Assembly (NCBI GenBank): GCA_020832005.1
Contig: JAFIFN010000004.1
Coordinates: 5,662-69,661, forward strand
Origin: Gammaproteobacteria bacterium
GTDB taxonomy: Bacteria; Pseudomonadota; Gammaproteobacteria; Steroidobacterales; PWYM01
DNA: 64,000 nt
Direction: 5' to 3'
Below, one piece after another: positions 9,799-18,967 of this stretch (position 1 is the stretch's first letter; every line of letters begins with the position of its first letter). The notes below the pieces were generated by a model, which saw nothing but the letters and a program-made list of their open reading frames with translations, was not told where the DNA came from and did not search any database. Position numbers and translations under genes: made by a program.

Positions 9799-11192
9799 TG
9801 TCGGGCAGACTGATTGCGGTGTCGAACCGGGTGGCGATCCCGCGCGACGGCCAGGCGTCGGGCGGCCTGGCCGTAGGGGTGCTGGCAGCGCTCAAGGAAC
9901 ATGGCGGCATATGGTTCGGCTGGGACGGCAAGACCACCGACAGCGAGCCCCACGATGCCCGCGTTGTGGACGACGGCAATATCAGCTACGCCACGATCAA
10001 TCTGAATCGTACGGAGTTCGATGCCTATTACAACGGCTTCAGCAACGAAACACTGTGGCCACTGTTTCACTTTCTGCTGGGATTTTTCAAGTACGACCGG
10101 CACAACTTCGAATCCTACCTGAGGGTCAACGCGCTGTTCGCCCGCAAGTTGAAGCCCCTGCTTGAACCCACGGATGTCATCTGGATTCATGACTATCACC
10201 TGATACCGCTGGCTGCTGAACTCCGACGTGCCGGGGTCACCCAGCCGATCGGATTTTTTCTGCATGTGCCGTTTCCGGGATATGACGTGCTGCGCGCGCT
10301 GCCGGTGCACGAACACCTGCTGCGCTGCCTGTGCGCCTACGATGTGGTGGGCTTCCACACCCAGCGTGATCTGCGGTCCTTCCAGGAGTGTATCGCGCAG
10401 CCCGGCATCGGCGGCCACATCCTGTCGGACGGCAGAATTCGTGCGGGTGGCCGCATGTTCCGTGCCGACGTGTTTCCGATCGGTATCGAGGTCGAGGACT
10501 GTGGCTCGCTGGCGCACGCGCATCGAGACAACCCGGAAGTCAAGCTCCTGCGCGACAGCCTCATGGGTCGCAGGATGATCATCGGCGTTGACCGACTCGA
10601 CTACAGCAAGGGACTTCCCGAGCGATTCCACGCCTACGAGCGCCTGCTCCAGCACTACCCGGACAACCGCAGGAACGTGGTGCTGCTGCAAATCGCGCCA
10701 CCGACGCGCACCGGCATCCGGACCTACAACGAGATTCGCGAGGAGCTCGAAGGCATTGCCGGGCGCATCAATGGCCGCTATGCCCAGATTGACTGGGTAC
10801 CCGTGCGCTATCTCAACCGTGGCTATGATCGTGGCATGCTGATGGCGATGTACCGCGAGGCACGGGTAGGCCTCGTTACCCCGGTGCGCGATGGCATGAA
10901 CCTCGTGGCCAAGGAATACGTTGCAGCACAGGACCCGGATGACCCGGGGGTGCTGGTGCTCTCGACGCTCGCAGGGGCTGCATTCGAGCTCGAACAGGCC
11001 GTGCTGGTGAACCCCTATGACACCGACGGCGTCGCAGCGGGTATCCAGACGGCGCTGGAGATGTCCCTGGCGGAGCGGCGCGAACGCCATTCGGCCATGA
11101 TTGCAACGCTGCAACGTAACGACATCAATGCATGGCGCAGCCGCTTTATCGAGGCACTTCGACACGGTCATGAAGGTGAGCAGCATGATTGA
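9798..11192 (+). CDS. otsA: alpha,alpha-trehalose-phosphate synthase (UDP-forming)
   Basis: 464 aa from ATG 9798, which shares one nt with the GH15 TGA (cTGATG). GGGAGGAAG lies upstream. Carries [30 protein letters not shown] and [10 protein letters not shown]. Confidence 0.9.
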   Translation: MSGRLIAVSNRVAIPRDGQASGGLAVGVLAALKEHGGIWFGWDGKTTDSEPHDARVVDDGNISYATINLNRTEFDAYYNGFSNETLWPLFHFLLGFFKYDRHNFESYLRVNALFARKLKPLLEPTDVIWIHDYHLIPLAAELRRAGVTQPIGFFLHVPFPGYDVLRALPVHEHLLRCLCAYDVVGFHTQRDLRSFQECIAQPGIGGHILSDGRIRAGGRMFRADVFPIGIEVEDCGSLAHAHRDNPEVKLLRDSLMGRRMIIGVDRLDYSKGLPERFHAYERLLQHYPDNRRNVVLLQIAPPTRTGIRTYNEIREELEGIAGRINGRYAQIDWVPVRYLNRGYDRGMLMAMYREARVGLVTPVRDGMNLVAKEYVAAQDPDDPGVLVLSTLAGAAFELEQAVLVNPYDTDGVAAGIQTALEMSLAERRERHSAMIATLQRNDINAWRSRFIEALRHGHEGEQHD

Positions 11193-12126
11193 CCTGATCG
11201 CGGACATCGGTGGCACGAACACGCGCTGTGCGCTGGTCGAGGACACGCGCATCACGGCCGCCCGCGAGCTTCGCAACGACCGGTTTTCAAGCCTGACTGA
11301 GGCGCTGCTGCATTACCTCGCCGAAGTGGGTCGCCCGGCCCGGCTGCGTCACGCCGCATTGTGCGTCGCAGCCCCGGTGCTCACCGACCAGGTCCGCATG
11401 GTCAATATCGACTGGACCTTTTCGCGTGTAACGCTGGCGCGCACGCTGGGCGTGAGTCGCCTGCACGTGGTCAACGACTTCACCGCACTGTCCTGGGCCC
11501 TGCTGCGCTACAGGCCTTCGGATCTCGTGTCGCTGGGCGGGGGCCTGGCTGAGCCGCGCACGACACGGATCGTACTGGGGCCGGGCACCGGGCTTGGCAC
11601 CGGGATGCTGGTGCCCTGCGAAAGCGGCTGGAGCACCGTGGCCGGTGAAGGCGGCCATGTGACACTGGCTGCGGCGAATGAGCGCGAGGCCAGCGTCATC
11701 GCTGCTGCGCGCCGCAGATACGGGCATGTATCGGCCGAGCGACTGGTCTCGGGGCCAGGGCTGGCAGTGCTGTATGCCACGCTTGCCGAAGTCGACGGTG
11801 TGGATGTTGCCGCGCGCGGTCCCGCTGAAATCACCACCCTGGCCCTGCAGGGCGAGCCCCATGCGCTGGCCACGCTGCAGATGTTCTTCGAGTTGCTCGG
11901 GACCTTTGCCGGCAACCTCGCGCTGTCGGCCGGCGCGCGCGGCGGCGTCTATCTGGCAGGTGGCATCCTGCCACGGGTGCTCGATCAGCTGGTCGCTTCG
12001 GGCTTTCGCGAGCGCTTCATGGACAAGGGCCGCTACCGGGACTATCTGCAGGGAATTCCGCTCTACGTGGTCACCCATGAGCAGCCGGCGTTCCCGGGCC
12101 TGGTGCAACTGCTGTCGAGTCACTGA
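11185..12126 (+). CDS. glk: glucokinase
   Basis: 313 aa from ATG 11185, preceded by GAAGGTGAG and overlapping the otsA stop by 8 nt. Carries the ADIGGTNTRCAL ATP-binding motif and GPGTGLG. An alternative ATG lies at 11170. Confidence 0.85.
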   Translation: MIDLIADIGGTNTRCALVEDTRITAARELRNDRFSSLTEALLHYLAEVGRPARLRHAALCVAAPVLTDQVRMVNIDWTFSRVTLARTLGVSRLHVVNDFTALSWALLRYRPSDLVSLGGGLAEPRTTRIVLGPGTGLGTGMLVPCESGWSTVAGEGGHVTLAAANEREASVIAAARRRYGHVSAERLVSGPGLAVLYATLAEVDGVDVAARGPAEITTLALQGEPHALATLQMFFELLGTFAGNLALSAGARGGVYLAGGILPRVLDQLVASGFRERFMDKGRYRDYLQGIPLYVVTHEQPAFPGLVQLLSSH

Positions 12127-12164
12127 GCGCAACAGCCCTCCGGCTGCTCGCAGGACACGATCGC

Positions 12165-12833
12165 TCAGCCTGTCTGTCCGCTCACCAGCAGGTGACGATC
12201 ACTGATTGTTCGCACCGTCAGTCCGGCCAATCCCGCCGTAGCGAGCTGCGCGGAGACCTCTGCCGGTGTAAAGGCCGCGAGCAGTGAGTTGTAGAAATCC
12301 GTCTTGAGCACCTGCGGTTCGCTCGCCGAGTAGCGCTCGACGGTCTCGCGCGCGACCTGTGGCGAGTCCGGCCGGAACAGGTCCATCACCAGCAGGCGTG
12401 TGCCCGGATGAGAGAAGCGTCTTACCGTGTCCCACAGCACTGCCGGATCATGCAGATGATGGAGCAGACTGTTGCTAATGATCAGGTCATAAGCCATGGC
12501 CGGCAGCATGCGCACCGGCAGCCGCTCGTGCAGCAGGCGGATGCGTCCTGCCAGCGCGGGCTCGCGATTCAGGCGTTCGCGCGCACAGGCGAGCATGGCC
12601 TCCGAACCGTCGAGTGCGTGGATATCCAGCGCCGGATGCCGGTTGGCCAGGCGGATGCAGATGTCCGCAGGCCCGCAACCAAGATCGAGCACGCGCCCGG
12701 CAAGTGCGACCCCGCCGTAAAGCGCTTCGAGTTGCTCGACGAAACTCGCGTTGGCTGCCTCGAAATCCGCCGCGGCATAGGCCTGCGCCTGTTCGTGGTC
12801 ATCCATGAGCTCGGGCTCGGGGATGCGTTGCAT
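12165..12833 (-). CDS. class I SAM-dependent methyltransferase
   Basis: 222 aa with SAM-binding motif I VLDLGCGPADI. The substrate is unknown. Confidence 0.75.
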   Translation of the reverse strand: MQRIPEPELMDDHEQAQAYAAADFEAANASFVEQLEALYGGVALAGRVLDLGCGPADICIRLANRHPALDIHALDGSEAMLACARERLNREPALAGRIRLLHERLPVRMLPAMAYDLIISNSLLHHLHDPAVLWDTVRRFSHPGTRLLVMDLFRPDSPQVARETVERYSASEPQVLKTDFYNSLLAAFTPAEVSAQLATAGLAGLTVRTISDRHLLVSGQTG

Positions 12834-12856
12834 CGATTGGGCTCCAGCCGCAGCGT

Positions 12857-13351
12857 TCAGGGGTCGATGGAATCGAGAAACTGCGCGAACAGCTCGACAA
12901 TCTCGTCGAGCCGCCCGGTCAGTCGGTGATCATCCGGCAGCACATGCAGGCTACATCGTGCCTGGCGCGCAAACCGCACAGCATTGTCCACCGGCACGAC
13001 ATCATCGTGCCATCCATGAACGATGACGGTGGGCACCGTCGGCGGCGGCGGGGTTGCTTGCTCGTAGCCGGGCATGTAGACGGCCGGTGCCAGCAGAAAC
13101 AGCGCCTTGGCCTGCGCCGCCTGGGTCAGGGCGACGTGCGCGCCCATGCTTGAGCCCACCAGCACCGGCGGTGAGGCCTGCAGCGCACACCACTGCGCCA
13201 GTCTCGCTTCGCGGGCACCGACCTCCATGCCGCGATAGTCCAGCGACTCCACCGGCCAGCCGAGTTCGCGAGCCCGCTGCGCAAGCCGGGTGATCTTCGT
13301 GCCCCAGGGGCCACTCTCCTTGCCATGGGAAAAGCAGATGGTCGTGCTCAC
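12857..13351 (-). CDS. alpha/beta-fold hydrolase (small esterase-like)
   Basis: Nucleophile elbow LVGSSMGAHV and a distal HGWHDDVVP. I prefer GTG 13351 over the track TTG at 13408, which would overlap the carbonic anhydrase by 26 nt. Confidence 0.6.
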   Translation of the reverse strand: MSTTICFSHGKESGPWGTKITRLAQRARELGWPVESLDYRGMEVGAREARLAQWCALQASPPVLVGSSMGAHVALTQAAQAKALFLLAPAVYMPGYEQATPPPPTVPTVIVHGWHDDVVPVDNAVRFARQARCSLHVLPDDHRLTGRLDEIVELFAQFLDSIDP

Positions 13352-13382
13352 AGGCAAGCCCTGGTGATCGGCGTGGCAGGAC

Positions 13383-14018
13383 TCATGCCGGGGCGATACG
13401 CTCGGCAACCACCAGTTCTTCCACCGAGCGCAGGTCCACGCCCAGGTCGCGGATCAGACCATCGTGGAGGCTGTAGATCCAGCCATGCACAGCCAGCGTC
13501 TGGCCGCGGTGCCAGGCGTTCTGCACGATAGTGGTCCCGGCCACGCTGCGGGCCTGGGCGATGACGTTGAGTTCGCACAGCCGATCCACGCGCGCATCGA
13601 GATCCGACAGCGCATTGAGCTGCGCGCGATGGGCATGGCTGAGCAGGCGGATCGGCCGCAACCAGTTGTCGATCAGACCAAGCTGACCCTCTTCAAGCGC
13701 GGCACGCACACCGCCGCAACCGTAGTGGCCGCAGACGATGATGTGGCGCACATTCAGCACCTCGACCGCATACTGGATCACCGACAGGCAGTTGAGGTCC
13801 GAAGGCACCACCAGGTTGGCAACATTACGGTGCACGAACAGCTCGCCCGGATCCATGCCAACGATATCGTTGGCGGGCACCCGGCTGTCGGCACAGCCGA
13901 TCCACAGGAACTCCGGTGCCTGCTGGCGCGACAGGCGTGGAAAGAAATCCGGGTCCTGGCTGGCGCGTGCCTGGGCCCAACGACGATTGTTCTCGAGCAG
14001 ATCCTGGATGACTGGCAC
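13383..14018 (-). CDS. can: beta-class carbonic anhydrase
   Basis: 211 aa with FLWIGCADSRVP, GELFVHRNVANLV and HYGCGGV. Colinear with E. coli Can. Confidence 0.9.
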   Translation of the reverse strand: MPVIQDLLENNRRWAQARASQDPDFFPRLSRQQAPEFLWIGCADSRVPANDIVGMDPGELFVHRNVANLVVPSDLNCLSVIQYAVEVLNVRHIIVCGHYGCGGVRAALEEGQLGLIDNWLRPIRLLSHAHRAQLNALSDLDARVDRLCELNVIAQARSVAGTTIVQNAWHRGQTLAVHGWIYSLHDGLIRDLGVDLRSVEELVVAERIAPA

Positions 14019-14028
14019 GGTTGCAGGC

Positions 14029-14700
14029 CTATTCCTGGCCCTTCGATGCGTCGGCTGACTCGGGCCAGCGCGCTTTCACCTGCTCTTCAAGCATGTCCAC
14101 GAGCATGCCCCGATAGTAATCACCGCCGATGAGGCCGCGCTCGTGGGCGAGAAACGCGAGCATTTCCTCACGCTGCATCGGCAGGTCGCAATCATGGAAA
14201 AGACCCTGGAGCACATAGCGGGGGTAGCCCACCAGCGCCGCAGATCGGCCGTACAGCGCCGCCCGATGGATAAGCTCACCCGCGCGGCAGACGTCCAGCG
14301 GCTGCTCGTTCAGCCCGTACAGGTGCAGAAATCCCACGACGAACAGCGACTGGGGGTAATCAGCCGCAACCGCCGCGGCCCGATACGGATAGGCCTTCTC
14401 GCCCTGACCGCTGTAGCCATAGACGCGCGCGAGCTGGTAGTTGAGGCGGGGGTTGTCCGGATCAGCCTCCACAGCCGCCTGGCAAGCAGCGATCGCTGCC
14501 GGGAGATCCACCCCGGACTGGGACACGCCGTCAGCGACCTTGAACGGATCGAGCGGATGGGCTGCGAGGCGATCACACTTCGTCGGTGTCTGTGAGTAGC
14601 CGCTGGGATCGAAGACCAAGGGCTCCCAGGCGCTCCTCGCCTCAGCGACACCAAACATCCCCAGGGTGAATATCGCCAACACTGCACTGATTCTCGCCAT
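14029..14700 (-). CDS. secreted Sel1/TPR-like repeat protein
   Basis: 223 aa from the internal ATG 14700, with GGAGAG upstream. Signal peptide MARISAVLAIFTLGMFGVAEA. Repeat-like segments (NYQLARVYGYSG, FVVGFLHLYGL) suggest Sel1-like repeats. The assignment is tentative. Confidence 0.5.
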   Translation of the reverse strand: MARISAVLAIFTLGMFGVAEARSAWEPLVFDPSGYSQTPTKCDRLAAHPLDPFKVADGVSQSGVDLPAAIAACQAAVEADPDNPRLNYQLARVYGYSGQGEKAYPYRAAAVAADYPQSLFVVGFLHLYGLNEQPLDVCRAGELIHRAALYGRSAALVGYPRYVLQGLFHDCDLPMQREEMLAFLAHERGLIGGDYYRGMLVDMLEEQVKARWPESADASKGQE

Positions 14701-14717
14701 GCTCACTCTCCGTGAAG

Positions 14718-16301
14718 TCACTTGCTTGCCATCTGTTGCCTCTGCGCGCTGAACCTCGAATTTCCTCGGTTCAGGCCCTGCAATGCCCGCTCCCCGACTA
14801 GACGACCCAAACTCAATGCAGGGGTCACCATCATACCGCCTGCAAAGCACTGGCCGGAAAGTACACCTTTTCCGAGCAACTCACCGGCGGCATAGAGCCC
14901 CCCGATGGGCTCACCACTTTGTCGCACCACCTGCAATTTGCTGTTAACCGCCAATCCAGCAAATGAAATGAGACTGCTGCCCTGGTGAAGAACCGCATAG
15001 AACGGCGGATCTGCAAGTGGCACCGGAAGGAAGTTGCGGCCGAGCCGGTCATCTCCCTGTCTCACCGCGGTATTGTAGTCGGCAATCGTGGCGGCCAGCA
15101 CCCCGGGTTCCATACCACAGTTGCTTGCGAGGTCGGAAACTGTAGCTCCGGTTCGGAATGATGGATGACCTGAATCAAAGGCTCGTGCAAGTTGCTGCGC
15201 ATCCCAGGCGCCCGACGCCGGAGGCGCGGAGTGAATCAGCGTTGGTGCGTTGCGCCGGACGTTCTCATCAAAAACCAGCCAATAGCGCTGCAGGGGCTGT
15301 GCCAATAATGCGCGCTCGCGCGCGTCGACGCTCGGCTCGTCTTCACGCAGGAATCGCTGCCCTTTGATGTTGACGATGATCTCCCACGGCGGACGCCGCT
15401 GGGGATGATGAACAGATCGCGCGAACTCGTTCGCCGGCCAATCAAGATGCGCGGGAATACTCCCGAAATCGCAGAGGAAATGCTCCCCACCACGCGCGAA
15501 TCCGCCGGCTGCGAGGCCAAGCTGCAGCCCGCCTCCCGTATTCTCCTTCACCCAAGGTGCTCGATACAGGGGCACCCCGGTCAACGCCTCGAACAGGCCG
15601 GGATCAGCCATATGCCCACCGCTTGCCAGCAATACCCGGCGGGCGTCAAACTGCTGCCGACCACCGCCGGACGATTCGCCGATCACGCCGCGGACTGTGC
15701 CATCCCGGCCCTGCACAAGCTCCACCGCGGCGGTGTACTCCAGCACAGTAACTTGGCCTGAAACCCGGGCCAACTCAGCGTCCAGGACTGCAAGAATTCC
15801 CGGCCCCCGCCCTGTTGGTCCGTAGACTCTCGGCAGCAGGTACGGCTCATGCCCGGTACCAGTCACCGGGTGTCCGTCCATCAAACTAAGCCCGCGCGCC
15901 AGTAGCCAGTCCACCGTGGCCGCCGCATGGATCACGGCAAGACCGGCAATATCCGGGTCCGCCGTACCGCGGCTCAGGCGCTGGATGTCGGCCAGATGCG
16001 CCTCCGGAGAGTCCTCAATGCCGAGGGAACGCTGGAGGCGCGTCCCTGCTGCGCTCATCTGCCCACCGGAAAACCAAAGCGTGCCGCCAAGCCGCCCGGA
16101 TTTCTCCAACACCAGCACTCTGGCGCCCTGCTGCGCGGCGAAAATCGCCGCCGGCAGGCCAGCCGTCCCACCACCAACAATAATCAGGTCCCATTCAAGC
16201 GCCGCCGCCCTGGCCAGGCTCCCTGGCAACGACGCGACACCCAGCGCCCCCACCAGGGCTTCCCTGCGCGTAATGCCGCGGGTCCCGATGCAGCCCGTCA
16301 T
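14718..16301 (-). CDS. FAD-dependent oxidoreductase (FrdA/KstD-like FAD_binding_2) with Tat-type signal
   Basis: 527 aa. The N-terminus TRREALVGALGVASLPGSLARAAA resembles a twin-arginine signal. Carries the dinucleotide fold IIVGGGTAGLPAAIFAAQQGARVLVLEK and a C-terminal GLYAAGE. Confidence 0.8.
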   Translation of the reverse strand: MTGCIGTRGITRREALVGALGVASLPGSLARAAALEWDLIIVGGGTAGLPAAIFAAQQGARVLVLEKSGRLGGTLWFSGGQMSAAGTRLQRSLGIEDSPEAHLADIQRLSRGTADPDIAGLAVIHAAATVDWLLARGLSLMDGHPVTGTGHEPYLLPRVYGPTGRGPGILAVLDAELARVSGQVTVLEYTAAVELVQGRDGTVRGVIGESSGGGRQQFDARRVLLASGGHMADPGLFEALTGVPLYRAPWVKENTGGGLQLGLAAGGFARGGEHFLCDFGSIPAHLDWPANEFARSVHHPQRRPPWEIIVNIKGQRFLREDEPSVDARERALLAQPLQRYWLVFDENVRRNAPTLIHSAPPASGAWDAQQLARAFDSGHPSFRTGATVSDLASNCGMEPGVLAATIADYNTAVRQGDDRLGRNFLPVPLADPPFYAVLHQGSSLISFAGLAVNSKLQVVRQSGEPIGGLYAAGELLGKGVLSGQCFAGGMMVTPALSLGRLVGERALQGLNRGNSRFSAQRQQMASK

Positions 16302-16371
16302 GCGTTCGTGCTATCGCGCAATTCGCGCGGGCCGAAGCACAGCACGGATGGCCAGTTCAACCGGCCGGAGT

Positions 16372-18711
16372 TCAGAAGCGCCACCCCAGCCTTACTCCGA
16401 ACTTCCGCGGGTTGGCTGGCGCGACGTTGGTGACGAAGTCATTAAGGGCGAACGTGCCGGTGGTGAAATCCGTAAAGCGGGCAGCAGCGCGGTAGTTCTT
16501 GTCATCGAAGAGGTTGCTGACGAACAACTCGGCACGCCAACGCTCGCCCTCGAGACCACCGCGCAGGTTGACCAGTGTGTAGTCGCTGGTCTTGGCGAGG
16601 TTGAACGCCTCATCCCACGCACTGCCTGTGTAGATCACGTCAGCCCTCAGGAAATAATCCATCTGCGCATTCAGTTGATCGATCCACCCGGCGCCGAAAC
16701 TCGCGGAATACTTCGGGAACCGTGGAGTCTCGTTGCCGGCGACGTCCGAGGTGCCGATCACGCGCTGGCAAAAACCACACTCGAAGTCCTTATATTCCGA
16801 GGCCGCCCAATTGAAGGCTCCACGTAAGCTCAATTGCTGATTGACCTGCAGATTAGCCTCCAGCTCCAGACCCCATAGATCGGTCTTGCCAGCAGTAACG
16901 ATCACCGGTGTGGTACGGAATCCGGCAGGGGTATTCGGATCGGTAATCACGGCAGTTGTGCGCGTCTGCTGATTGGTCCACTCCATGTAGTAGGCGGCAA
17001 TGCCGACGAATCCTCGACCATCGAGGAAGCGCTGTTTCAGGCCGAGTTCGTAGTTCTTGAGCTCCTCCTCATCGACAAACTCTACTGCACCAGTCTGCAC
17101 GCGAACCTCTTCGCGCTGAGCATCGGTGAGTGACAGGAGGCTGATATTGAAATTACCCGGCTTGTTGCCCTTGGCAAATGTGGCGTAGACGTTGGTTTCA
17201 TCGGTGGGCTGCCATTGCAAGATCACCCGGGGGAGAAAATTGGTGAAGGTCTTGCGCACATCAGTGCCTGCAATCTGACCCTGGTCCAGCTGGTCTCGCT
17301 GGTAGCGCGCCTCGACGCTGAAATTGACTGTTTCCGTCAAATCATAACTGCCCGATGCGAATAGCGAGTTGGTCGTTACTTCATCAGTCACGATCGCCTG
17401 GTCGAGAAAGAATCCGTTGACGAACACCGGATTCGGATAGAGATACCCGATCGACGCGCCGCTCGTCGTGTCAAACTCGAGCCCGAAGCGACTGACTCCG
17501 ACCAGCCAGCTGAAGCGCTCGCGATCTCCCGACAACCTCAGCTCGAGACTGGTGTCGGTGATATCTTGAAACGAGCCCTCCAGCCACACCTGCTCGGCGG
17601 TGTAGTCCAGGTCCATCAATCGGGACTGCTCGAGACGGTTATAGCTGGCTGCGCCAGCCAGCACCATTCCGGTATCGCCGATATCCCAGTCACCGGACAG
17701 GCTCAGCCGACGCATCTTGCGGCGCAACCCCATGCCACTCAGGGCGGGCCCTCTGGCCAGCGCCGCGCTATCCCGCGAATTATTCAGATAGATTTCGCGC
17801 GGCTCACCATCAAGCACGGTGTTTATGCCGATATCGCTGACGCGCGGCAACGTGCCGCAGATGTAGGTGCGACCACCCTCGAAGAACGGCCCGCAGTTAT
17901 GGAAACTGCTGTCGAGCGCGAACGTCGGCGGCAGGCCGTCGTCGTCTTCCGAGGCAAACCCACGCAGCGTAAACTCGAGGTTATCACTGGGGGTGGCCAC
18001 CAGCGTCAGCCCCAGTGAGCGGGTTTCTTCCGCACCCAGACGGCCCCCATCCGCCGCACTGCGCCAACGACCGTCACTGGTGTAATAGCGGCCCGTCAGT
18101 CGAGCGAGAAGCCAGTCATCGACGAGCGGCAGATCAATCGAAGCGCTGAGATCGTACTCACCATCTTCGGCAGCCGTAATGTTCAGCTGGCCTTCGAGCG
18201 ATTCAGCCGGCCGACGAGTCACGAAGTTCACCGCGCCCCCGAAAGTGGAGCGACCGAAATAGGCGCTCTGCGGACCTTTGATGACCTCGACTCTCGCTAC
18301 ATCCTCCATGCTGATACTCGACAGCCCTCCGGAGACGTAGACCCCGTCAATGAACACCGAAGCAAGCTGGCGTACCGGTGTGACATCGTTTATGTCCATA
18401 CCTCTGAAGCGCACGACAGACTCCGAACGACCACCGCGCTGGCTGGACATGCTCGAATAGAAAAGGCCAGGCGCGAAATCCGAGATATCCTCGAGCGTGC
18501 GAATGCCAATGCGTTCGATATCATCTTCGGAGAATGCCGTCACGGTGAGCGGAACTTCGAGCAGGCTCTCGTCGCGCTTGCGCGCAGTCACCGTAATCTC
18601 GTCAAGTACGGCGGAGGCACCCTGTGCGCTGGCAGTGCCTGTGGCAAGAGCCGCAGCAACCGCGACCGCGACGGAGCCAAGCATTGAGGTGTTGACGCTC
18701 TTGAAATTCAT
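16372..18711 (-). CDS. TonB-dependent receptor
   Basis: 779 aa from the internal ATG 18711. Signal peptide ending ASAQG, plug-domain motifs (ITVTARKR, VEVIKGPQSAYFG) and a terminal RLGWRF aromatic residue. Confidence 0.9.
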   Translation of the reverse strand: MNFKSVNTSMLGSVAVAVAAALATGTASAQGASAVLDEITVTARKRDESLLEVPLTVTAFSEDDIERIGIRTLEDISDFAPGLFYSSMSSQRGGRSESVVRFRGMDINDVTPVRQLASVFIDGVYVSGGLSSISMEDVARVEVIKGPQSAYFGRSTFGGAVNFVTRRPAESLEGQLNITAAEDGEYDLSASIDLPLVDDWLLARLTGRYYTSDGRWRSAADGGRLGAEETRSLGLTLVATPSDNLEFTLRGFASEDDDGLPPTFALDSSFHNCGPFFEGGRTYICGTLPRVSDIGINTVLDGEPREIYLNNSRDSAALARGPALSGMGLRRKMRRLSLSGDWDIGDTGMVLAGAASYNRLEQSRLMDLDYTAEQVWLEGSFQDITDTSLELRLSGDRERFSWLVGVSRFGLEFDTTSGASIGYLYPNPVFVNGFFLDQAIVTDEVTTNSLFASGSYDLTETVNFSVEARYQRDQLDQGQIAGTDVRKTFTNFLPRVILQWQPTDETNVYATFAKGNKPGNFNISLLSLTDAQREEVRVQTGAVEFVDEEELKNYELGLKQRFLDGRGFVGIAAYYMEWTNQQTRTTAVITDPNTPAGFRTTPVIVTAGKTDLWGLELEANLQVNQQLSLRGAFNWAASEYKDFECGFCQRVIGTSDVAGNETPRFPKYSASFGAGWIDQLNAQMDYFLRADVIYTGSAWDEAFNLAKTSDYTLVNLRGGLEGERWRAELFVSNLFDDKNYRAAARFTDFTTGTFALNDFVTNVAPANPRKFGVRLGWRF

Positions 18712-18747
18712 CAGGTGCCCCTTTTTTTGAGGAATATGCAGGTGCCC
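18712..18747 (-). repeat. 9-nt direct repeat GGGCACCTG x2 (27-nt period) abutting the receptor start codon
   Basis: caggtgccc occurs at 18712-18720 and again at 18739-18747 on the plus strand. The proximal copy ends directly at the ATG. Confidence 0.5.
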
Positions 18748-18862
18748 GAGCCGCGGAGTGCTGCAGGCAAGTATTCGAGTACTGGAAGAAATCACCCGGA
18801 GCCTGCTTGGCCATACCGGGCACAGTTATGCGCTTTTCTACAGAGGCGCCAGCGGGCTGAAA

Positions 18863-18880
18863 ACTACCAAATCAGGTAGT
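18863..18880. promoter_or_regulatory. 18-bp inverted repeat ACTACC-N6-GGTAGT in the luxR/receptor divergent intergenic region
   Basis: Perfect 6-bp arms read directly (actaccaaatcaggtagt). Candidate regulator box. Function not demonstrated. Confidence 0.35.
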
Positions 18881-18967
18881 CAGGCCCTCAGGTGACCGGA
18901 CAGGACCTGCTAGAATCGTGTTTCTTTTCATGCGTGGCCGCACCGTGGCCCCGGAATCTTAGTCGTG

